Source: Octopus sinensis
Taxonomy: Eukaryota
Length of the DNA stretch: 22,640 bases
Assembly (NCBI RefSeq): GCF_006345805.1
Contig: NW_021836890.1
Coordinates: 1 to 22,640 of the forward strand
Direction of reading: 5' to 3'
The position numbers were made by a program, and so were the translations under genes. Under the pieces are notes generated by a model that had not been told where the DNA came from, made no database searches, and saw nothing but the letters and a program-made list of their open reading frames with translations. Positions 11,162-20,195 of this stretch are shown here, in pieces; the first letter of the stretch is position 1; each line of letters starts with the position of its first letter.

Positions 11162-12022
11162 CGTTAAATAGAGATGCGTTAGAGTGTGTTTCTTGTTAAA
11201 TAAATAACATTGTATTTCTGTGATACAAAATTTGTCCACCCATCCTTTGCTTAACACCCACTTGAGTTTACAAGCAAACATATCATGTGTGTGTGTGTGT
11301 GTGTGCGTGCGTGTGTGTGTGTCTGTGTGTTTCTAATACTCAGTGCAGATGGCATACATTTGATAGCAGATCATGGAATGTTAAAGTTCCCATTTTGTTT
11401 TTCCCTCTTAAGTGCTGACACTCCAAATTTGACCAACTGGTGGATGCTGATAACTATTCCATCGACAAATTCTGGCCATCTGAAGTGTTTTGTTTTTCTA
11501 AACAATTGTTTTCAAGTATTTTTATATTTTTCAGTATAAAACTGAATACATCAACCCCACCCCCGTCACTAACATTATAGTTGTCATCACTATCATCAAC
11601 ATCATCGTGTCATTACATGAATTATTAATTAATATTAATATTGTCCGTTCATTAAAAATTTCCAGTATTATGCAAATTTTAGGCTAGTTAATATATATTT
11701 CAATTGTTAAAAGGCAAATTTACAGCAGTTACAGCGTGTTGAGAATTCTCTCTTCACATAAAAGTATATAAAAACGCCATTTCTGTCCAGTGCCAGGATC
11801 ACAGACGTTGATGTTTCTAGCACTTTCGCCGTTGAGATGGCGGCGCTAGATACATATGTTGTCTTTATACCTTTTCACCTTGTCGTTGAGCAGTGGAAAT
11901 ATATGAGAAACATATTTCAACTAACCTAGATACAAAGTATATATATATATGTGTGTGTGTGTGTTCTGTGTGTTGTGTGTGTGTTGTGCGTGCGTGCGTG
12001 TGTATGTAATAAATTGTGTATG

Positions 12023-12113
<91 letters not shown>

Positions 12114-12135
12114 ATATATTATATATATATATATA

Positions 12136-12311
12136 TCGTGCCAAGGAAAGTACCACTGATGCTATATTCCCGGTAAGGCTGCTACAGGAGAAATACCTAG
12201 CCAAAGATAAGCCCCTGTACCTGGATTTTGTTGACATGGAGAAAGCTTTCGACAGGGTCCCCCGATCCCTTATCTGTTGGTCAATGAGGAAACTAAGGAT
12301 AAATGAATGGT
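12136..12311 (+). mobile_element. RTE-clade LINE reverse-transcriptase fragment (copy B)
   Basis: ESTTDAIFPVRLLQEKYLAKDKPLYLDFVDMEKAFDRVPRSLICWSMRKLRINEWL. Confidence 0.92.
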
Positions 12312-12399
12312 TAATCGTGACTAGTCGATCATTATTTTGTGTTTTTGTGTTTCATTTACTTTGCTAGGTAGTCGTTGTAGGATCGACTAGTCACGACTA
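12312..12399. mobile_element. 88-bp MITE-like element (copy B)
   Basis: taatcgtgactagtcgatcat ... aggatcgactagtcacgacta (19/21 complementary). Confidence 0.55.
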
Positions 12400-12893
12400 T
12401 CTAGCGCGGTTGCGCGAGTAAACGAGGGCGCGCACCAGGACCACTCTTCTTAAATAAATGGTATCCAGTTTCCACAGTGGTGAAAATCCACCCTTGTTAA
12501 AACATATACACAAAACCCTACCATTTCAGGCTGACATAACCCTACTCTGTGTTACCTCCATCTCTGTCCCCCACAAAGCGGCCACGCCCTTTTAAGTTTC
12601 ATAACGAAAGCCAAAAACATGAATTTCCTGATCTCATAATTGGATCACGCACATTTACGATAATTAATATCGTATCATTAATTTATAGACACACAGACAG
12701 AGTTTAAGATGAAAGGATGTTCATTCAAGCGTTAAATGGCCCCAAATGAAATTAAAATGCCTTACCTCAGTTTAGTTTTAAACAGTAGCAACGTATCCGG
12801 GGTCCCAATTAATTTCAAATTTTCTGTTGCCGGATTTAAATTCGATGGCAAGTAAGCAGAGATAACTCTCGAAACATAGGCGGAGTTGTGGTA

Positions 12894-13168
12894 TGTTTTA
12901 AGTAGCTTGTGTATCAGGCACATGGTTCCGGGTTCAGTCCCACTGCGTGGCACCTTGGGCAAGTGTCTTCTGCTATAGCCTCGGCCGACCATAGCCTTGT
13001 GAGTGGATCTGGTAGACGGAAACTGAAGAAAGCCCCGTCGTAAATATGTACATGTTTGGCTCGAGACTATAGTAGAAATCCCTTGCCCAAGCTGCCACAC
13101 AGTGGGACTGATCTCGGAACCAGGTGGTTGGTAAGGAATCTACTTACCACTCAGACACTCCTACGCCT
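12894..13168. mobile_element. Inverted (tail-to-tail) SINE pair, copy B: 12894-13041 (+) and 13056-13168 (-)
   Basis: catggttccgggttcagtcccactgcgtggcaccttgggcaagtg on +, and the complementary cttgcccaagctgccacacagtgggactga downstream. Confidence 0.9.
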
Positions 13169-13236
13169 AGAGTCTCAAAGACTGAAAATTATTTTAGAAT
13201 TCTCTATCTTATATTTTGTTATATACATATATATAT

Positions 13237-13282
<46 letters not shown>

Positions 13283-13615
13283 CTTCTAGCTGAAGGCAGA
13301 GATTAATTGTATAGTTTAAATTAAAGTATATGAAGAAGACAAGGTTTATATTTTTTATTTCAGGAAAAATTGATTCACAAATTTTGAATTTCCTTCAAAT
13401 ATAAAAATCCAAAACATTTTCTTTCTTTCAAATTTATCAGCTATTTTTGAGATACTTTAAAAACATATAAACATTCTCTTGTAAACATACTTGAAATCCT
13501 GGACACAATTTTTATTGTTTATTAAATGATTTGAGAAAACAAAGTCAACTGTGAATATAAAAGTATATGTGTTCGTGTTCATGTATGTATGTATGTTTGT
13601 ATGTACGTATATATG

Positions 13616-13649
<34 letters not shown>

Positions 13650-13943
13650 TGTATGTATAGATGTATGTATATGAAGTATATAAAAATTTATATAATGAGC
13701 AAGCTATAAAAATATACTATATATAAAAATTAGTGAGAAAAAGGCAGGTATACAGTAAATATATTATCACACATTTATTGGATGGCTGTTGATTCTCAAG
13801 AGTTCCTCCGCGCTTTAACGGGTTTTGTTTTTCATCCCGCAGGGTGTCCAATAAACACCCACCTCACCAAAAAAGCTTGGTGTACGTACGTATGTGTGTA
13901 TAGAAAAATCCATCATTGAAGCATGCTGTAAATGTGTTAGTAC

Positions 13944-14012
13944 CTGATAAACCTGCTACATGTCCGAATATAGCAGCTCCACAAATCGATACACTTCAAA
14001 TATGCGCCAGAC
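13944..14012 (-). other. Candidate 69-nt cassette exon
   Basis: Acceptor ccccattatttctctctag| and donor cag|gtacta. Only one frame is open (SGAYLKCIDLWSCYIRTCSRFI), with no recognisable homology. Confidence 0.25.
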
Positions 14013-14606
14013 CTAGAGAGAAATAATGGGGTTCATATGATCGATCGAACATACCAAGTTTATGCTCCTGGATGGCCACGCTTCAATGATTAAAACATCT
14101 AACTCACATATTATATAGCTTGAAATCTCTCCACTGCCACCACCAATTAGTCTGTTAATTTATATCCATCTACAAACCTCACACTCACCCTTCAATTATT
14201 ATTCATGTCTTTCTTTCTCACCTACAATCTACACTTTTACATAATTATTTCCATTTCTCTTTCAAGTCGCTGGACAATTCCACAGAATTCATCAATAATA
14301 TTTCGAAATTTAACAAATTATGATCGATTATTTTTTCCAAATACAATACTTAAATGTAATCTATAAAACTATAATCTTTTTAAACTTAATTGTATGTTTA
14401 ACTTAAGTTAATTCTTATCCAGTAACACAATGGCCAAAGGTTTTCTAACCACGACCTTCCCATATTCTTTATTATCTAATATGTTTACCTCGCGTTGCAT
14501 TTTAGAGACTCCATTGTTGATTCATATTACTCTTCATAATTATTCAAATTTTAAAATTAAAATAATATCATTTAAAAAATGTCATTGATTGAAAGACGAA
14601 AGAGAT

Positions 14607-14695
14607 AAAATTAGTAGAGTTGTTATTGGTATTAATGTAACTCTTTGTATCAGGAAGTAGTAGGCACGACCTCCTCATGTATATGTGTGTCTGTA

Positions 14696-14706
<11 letters not shown>
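14607..14706. repeat. Start of a third, rearranged copy (C) of the duplicated unit; further pieces at ~16165-16205, ~17843-17906 and ~18143-18244
   Basis: 14607-14644 matches 9715-9766 and is fused directly to a match of 10471-10527. The later pieces match 10706-10745, 10742-10808 and 10836-10945. Confidence 0.8.
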
Positions 14707-14748
<42 letters not shown>

Positions 14749-14826
14749 ATATATTATATATATACATATATATAATATATATATCTATATACATATATAT
14801 ATATATAATATATCTATATATATATA

Positions 14827-15828
14827 TCATAATCATCATCATCGTTTAGCGTCCGCTTTCCATGCTAGCATGGTTTGGACGGTTCAACTGGGGTCTGGGA
14901 AGCCAGAAGGCTGCACCAGGCCCAGTTTGATCTGGCAATGTTTCTACGGCTAAATGCCCTTCCTAACCCCAACCACTCCATGAGTGTAGTGGGTGCTTTT
15001 TACGTGCCACAGGCACAGATGCCAGACGAGTCTGGCAAACGGCCACGATCGGATGGTGCTTTTTATGTGCCACCGGCACAGAGGCCAGGCGGGGCTGGCA
15101 ACGGCCACGAACGGATGATACTTTTTACGTGCCACCGGCACGGGGGCCAGGCGAGGCTGGCAACGGCCACGAACGGATGGTGCTTTTTACGTGCCACGGG
15201 CACAAGGCCAGTCGGGGCGGAGCTGGCAACGGCCACGTTCGGATGGTTCTCTTACGTTCCACCGGCACTGGTAACTCAGCTGCAATTTCCATTGATCGAT
15301 TTCGATTCTGATTCTGATTCTGATTCTCACTTGCCTCAACAGGTCTTCACAAGTAGAGTTTTGTGTCCCAGGAAGGGAAGGTATGCATAAGTGGTCTAGC
15401 TACAACCCATGTAGAAGGCCACGGGTTATGGTCTCACTTGTCCTGCCGCGTCTTCTCACGCACAGCATACTTCCAGAGGTCTCGGTCTCTAGTCATTTCC
15501 TTGGTGAGACCTAAAGTTCGAAGGTCGTGCTTCACCACCTCGTCCCAGGTTTTCCTGGGTCTGCCTCTTCCACAGGTTCCCTCAACCGCTAGGGTGTGGC
15601 ACTTTTTCACACAACTATCTTCATCCATTCTCGCCACATGACCATACCAGCGCAAACGTCTCTCTTGCACACCACATCTGATGCTTCTTAGGTCCAGCTT
15701 TTCTCTCAAGGGTACTTACACTCTGCCGAGTATGAATACTGACATTACACATCCATCGGAGCATACTGGTCATTTCGCAAGCTTACGCATATCCTCAGCA
15801 GTCACAGCCCATGTTTCACTGCTATGTA
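14827..15828 (-). mobile_element. 3' end of an RTE-clade LINE: ORF2 C-terminus, 3' UTR with ~61-bp internal tandem repeats, and (GAT)n tail
   Basis: LHSSETWAVTAEDMRKL / MLRWMCNV / REKLDLRSIRCGVQERRLRWYGHVARMDEDSCVKKC...GRGRPRKTWDEVVKHDL. The minus-strand tail is aaacgatgatgatg. Confidence 0.95.
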
Positions 15829-15878
15829 CACACAACACACACACACACACACACACCACACACACACCACACACACAC

Positions 15879-15918
<40 letters not shown>

Positions 15919-15955
15919 CTATATATATCTAAATATATATACATTTATATATATA

Positions 15956-15992
<37 letters not shown>

Positions 15993-16011
15993 TATATATA
16001 TATATAGATAT

Positions 16012-16059
<48 letters not shown>

Positions 16060-16195
16060 TTTTTGTATGGGTTGTATGCATGTATACATATATATATATA
16101 TACATACATTTATATATATATATATACACACATACATACAAACATATACATACATATATATATATGTATGCATTTTGTCAACCCACCACCTTAAT

Positions 16196-16196
16196 T

Positions 16197-16232
<36 letters not shown>

Positions 16233-16245
16233 TTGACGATGACGA
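16196..16245. repeat. (GAT)n trinucleotide microsatellite
   Basis: Visible directly; source of the spurious poly-D and poly-M ORFs. Confidence 0.95.
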
Positions 16246-17400
16246 CAATGTCAACGGCAAAAAAGAAGTAAGAAGAATCTTGTTGATAAGAGTCAGATTG
16301 ATTATATTAAAGAAGTGTTTGCTGTTGTTTGGAGATACTAAAATATTTTGTTACAAATAGTCACATGGGTTTATATCTTTCAATGTATTATATTTTATTA
16401 TCTTTAAAAGAGGTACATATCTTTGTTATGGAGGCTGAAAATGTTCAGAGTGATTTGTTAATATCTTTGTATTCTTCTTCAAATGAAATGGATATAAAAT
16501 ACTTTTCTTTCATTTCAAATTTTCTAATATTTACATTCTTTGTTTAGAAAGCATCTTTCCCAATGACATTCTTCCCCTCTCTCTCTCTCCTTCCCTCTCT
16601 TCCCGCTCCTTCCCTCTTTCTCTGAGGGCTTCACACCCTACAATTATTCTCTCATATACATATGTAAGAGTTAGCACATCCATCTCTAAGCTTGGATTCG
16701 AAATCGAATCCAAGAATCATCGGTCGTCAAAAACCAATGCATGTATAGGCGCGAAATTTAAAGATCCTTTGTTCTGTCAAAAAGTGATTGATCATCTCAC
16801 TTTGACCTGCGACCTCAGCCATGTCAGGCGAAGTTCAACTGGACAAGCGCTGACCTACTTAGTATGTCTATCTGTTGCAGTATGTCTATCTTTCTAGCTG
16901 TTTGAAATATTATAAATACAAGGGAAAAACAGAGAAAGACAGACAATCGGAGCTGACACACCAGCAGACACCCCGCGTTTTGGAGACGACAGAGAAAATG
17001 CCTACAGGCTACTGTTTCGAATGATTCACGCACACACCCACACACACAAACATATTCATCTTTATTATGTGCTCTATACAAGCAATGCGTAGCATTTGCT
17101 TACAATTGTATGTAGTGTATTTATAATCCATGTAAATAAATCCCTTTTTAATCATGAAACAATTTATGTATTTATTAATACACACACACATCCACTACAC
17201 ATACATACACACACGCATACATATATATCTCTCACATAAATATGAGTAATTCTATGTCACCTTGTCTCTCTCCCTCTCTTTATATCTCTCTCTCTCTCTC
17301 TCGCTATTCTATCTCTCTCTCATTTAGATATATATATGTATACATATATATATATATATATGAATAAATAAATGGAGTTTAACGCTGGTGTAAATCAAAT

Positions 17401-17498
17401 ATTTATACTTTCGACACATGTTTCGAAAATTCCACTGATACTATTCAAAAGAATAAATGGTATAAACAATGCAATCTTCTCTTCAGGAAAGTGTAAAA
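17401..17498 (-). ncRNA. Type I hammerhead ribozyme (HHR-1), minimal stem III
   Basis: Minus strand: actttc-CUGAAGA-gaagattgcattg...cagtggaattttc-GAAA-catgtg-UC|gaaagt. Stem I is actttc/gaaagt (6 perfect bp plus extension). Stem II opens with G10.1-C11.1 and has ~12 bp. The GUC cleavage site falls between 17413 and 17412. Confidence 0.8.
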
Positions 17499-18250
17499 GA
17501 CGAAACTTGTCAATAAGACATTTTAGCAAAAAATGATGGATTTGTATAGCGATTTACTTGGGAGATTTTTGCTACCCTGGTAACTATTTATTTAAGTTTT
17601 CCGTGTTAACTGTTAACAAGGTAAAAATACACTCATCTCTTTATAATATATATATATATTATATATATATATATATATATACATATATATATGTGTGTAT
17701 GTATATATATACGAATATAGGCACATACACGTACATGTATAAATAGTTGTGTGTGTGTATGTCTTGATAAAAAGTGAGAGAAAGCGAAATCCCGAGACAA
17801 TAAGGGATAGATGGTATTTCTTAAATACAACAGAATGTTGGCTAATTAAGGCAAACACAGGATTCTCTTTCAGCACAAACATTGTAATTATCTCTTTAAT
17901 TACTTCGAATTAGTAGTAATTATTTGATTTTATGTTTAGTTTCAAACTTCATAAATGAGATTATTATTTATATCTGTAGAAGCTTTCTTAGCCTATTATT
18001 TCACATATCATCTCAACATGAGTATTCTTTTACCAGTCTTATAGTATCTTCTCTACAATTTTCTATAATTCACTTCATATTAAAGATACTTTAAGAAAGT
18101 TTTGTTGAGCAAGACAAAGAATGGAGGTATTTGATATCGTTAAACCAAACAGAAATAGCAGCTTGACAATCCCGTATATGCATAATGCATATATAGTTTT
18201 ATGTATGTGTGTATATCTTTCTATATATCGATATTTCAATATGCTCTCAG

Positions 18251-18649
18251 TCTTTTACTTGTTTCAGTCATTTGATTCCGGCCATGCTGGAGCACCGCCT
18301 TTAGTCGAGCAAATCGACCCCGAGACTTATTCTTTGTAAGCTCAGTACTTATTCTATCGGTCTCATTTGCTGAACCGCTAAGTTACGGGGACATAAACAC
18401 ACACCAGCATCGGTTGTCAAGCAATGCTAGGGGGACAAACACAGACACACAAACATACACGCACATACAGATATATACATATATATGACAGGCTTCTTTC
18501 AGTTTCCGTCTACCGAATCCACTCACAAGGCTTTGGTCGGTCCGAGGCTATAGTAGAAGACACTTGCCCAAGGTGCCACGCAGTGGGACTGAACCCGGAA
18601 TCATGTGGTTGGTAAACAAGCTACTTACCACACAGCCACTCCTGCGCCT
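18251..18649 (-). mobile_element. Full-length (~400 bp) tRNA-derived SINE with internal TA/CA tract and 3' tail
   Basis: Minus strand: A-box tggctgtgtgg, B-box ggttcagtccc, body caccttgggcaagtgtcttctactatagcc, internal microsatellite, then the 3' part ...ggtgctccagcatggccggaatcaaatgactgaaacaagtaaaaga. Confidence 0.93.
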
Positions 18650-18715
18650 ACATATATACGTGCATGCGCAGCCACGCATAGAGGCCCATGTATACACACA
18701 CAAATTAAAACGGTG

Positions 18716-18772
18716 TGCACCACCGCCGCCGCCGGCATTGTCACCACCACCACCACCGCCACCACCAACAGC
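18716..18772. repeat. (CCA/CCG)n trinucleotide tract
   Basis: Visible directly; source of the poly-P and poly-T ORFs. Confidence 0.9.
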
Positions 18773-18940
18773 AATAAAAACATGAAACCTTTTGGCCTAA
18801 TTCACTCTAAATTTGTCAACAAAATACAAAACCCCAAATTGATGAGGATTTAGTGGCATAATTTCAAACTAATTAACGACAGAAAATATTTATGAAAGAT
18901 TAATATATAATTGCGGCAAGATGGCGACCTACTACTAAAC

Positions 18941-19348
18941 AACAGCTATAGCTACTAATACGAACTACTATACTGTACACTAGATAATGTAGTCCTAGAT
19001 ACACTAGGGCTGAGTAAAAGATGGGATGGTCACAGGTGGAAGATCTTTGGTCATAGGCCTGTCTGGATCAGGACTGACTTAGCGCTAAACAACGACAGCA
19101 ACCAATAAATAATGTAGTCCTAGATACACTATGCCTGAATTATAGATGGGATGGTCACAGCTGGAATGTCTTTGGTCATAGGTCTGACTGGATCAGGTCT
19201 GACCTGTGGCTAAATAATAGCTATAGCCACTAATACTAACTCCTCTACTATACATTAGATAATGTAGTCCTAGATACACTAGCCTTAGTTATAGATGGGA
19301 TGGTCACAGCTGGAACGTCTTTGATCATAGGTCTGTCTGGATCAGGAC
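18941..19348. repeat. Three-copy tandem repeat (A-B-B-A-B) of a ~100-bp module
   Basis: ataatgtagtcctagatacact...agatgggatggtcacag...tctttg(g/a)tcatagg..ctggatcagg starts at ~18984, 19109 and 19259. A ~45-bp A module precedes copies 1 and 3. Confidence 0.9.
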
Positions 19349-19540
19349 ATGAGCGTTAATTTTTCAACAACACAAGAATTGCAATTGAGAAACAACAAAA
19401 TTATAATGGACAAAATAATTAAGTAAATAGAATCTACAACAGTCGAAATATATCTCCATATATCTCAGATAATATTAAAGCAAACTCGTTTAGGTCGAAG
19501 ACAATCTTTGGCTCTTATAATAACATACAACGACAATATA

Positions 19541-19750
19541 TACTCTCTTTTACTTGTTTCAGTCATTTTACTGCGGCCATGCTGGAGCACCGCCTTTTAG
19601 TCGAGCAAATCGACCACAGGACTTATTCTCTGTAAGCCTAGTACTTATTCTATCGGTCTCTTTTGCCGAACCGCTAAGTTACGGGGATGTAAACACACCA
19701 GCATCGGTTGTCAAGCGATGTTGGGGGGACAAATACAGACACACAAACAT
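19541..19750 (-). mobile_element. 5'-truncated copy (3' half) of the SINE at 18251-18649
   Basis: Close match to 18251-18455. Confidence 0.92.
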
Positions 19751-19754
19751 ATAC

Positions 19755-19791
<37 letters not shown>

Positions 19792-19910
19792 ACAAAGTAA
19801 GGGCAAAAGAAAAATTCTATTGCCAAATATGCCGAAAAATTGACAAAATTGTCAATCACCATTATAATTTATGCGTCTCGAAACAAACCGATAGAAATTT
19901 CTAAAAAATC

Positions 19911-19981
19911 CGTTATTACCGTATTGGTCCCAATTTCGGGGTTAATTCATAAGGTTTCTCCCCTCTTCAGCGATAAATACG
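19911..19981 (-). ncRNA. Type I hammerhead ribozyme (HHR-2)
   Basis: Minus strand: cgtatttatcg-CUGAAGA-gggg-(18-nt loop)-cccc-GAAA-ttgg-ga-ccaa-UA|cggtaataacg. Stem I has 6 bp, a 2x2 internal loop and 3 more bp. Stem II is 4 G-C pairs. Stem III has 4-5 bp. The AUA cleavage site falls between 19922 and 19921. Confidence 0.85.
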
Positions 19982-20004
19982 TCAGATATAAGTGAAATAC
20001 TTAC

Positions 20005-20150
20005 TCAAACCCATGGAAAAAGCAAGCTCTAAGTCCTGGGCAGACCCAAGTACCCCAAATATATCCAAAATAGAAAATCTTCGGCACATCTCGAGACACG
20101 TGTGATTCGAACTAGAAACTTTCACAGAGTGAGAGAATGCGGAAGTGAAC
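20005..20150 (-). promoter_or_regulatory. Candidate promoter and short first exon (ETS site, E-box, donor)
   Basis: gcggaagtg (ETS/GABP-type) at 20139-20147, cacgtg at 20097-20102, local CpG enrichment, and a minus-strand donor ttga|gtaagt at 20004. Motif evidence only. Confidence 0.35.
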
Positions 20151-20195
20151 ACTATTAACACTATTAAATTTGTAGTTATAAATTATATATATGTA

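Larger units (their letters stand above)
10501..13193. repeat. Local segmental duplication, copy B (~2.7 kb)
   Basis: Colinear with 7104-9722, offset ~3.4 kb. Confidence 0.95.

Noticed and set aside
6641-16360. Many IYIY/YIYI/THTH/LSIY/poly-D ORFs
   Set aside because: They are translations of (TA)n, (CA)n, (TAGA)n and (GAT)n microsatellites.
17433-17515. Possible plus-strand hammerhead (cgaaacttgtc at 17501)
   Set aside because: The only upstream candidate core is CTGATAC, not CTGANGA, and there is no stem I pairing.
9424-18649. tRNA genes at A-box/B-box motifs
   Set aside because: They are SINE heads that continue into SINE bodies, with no cloverleaf or acceptor stem.
14995-19348. Regularly spaced repeats (61-bp units at 14995-15275; 125-150-bp units at 18941-19348) as a CRISPR array
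   Set aside because: The context is eukaryotic, the inter-repeat segments are homologous instead of unique spacers, and no cas genes are present.
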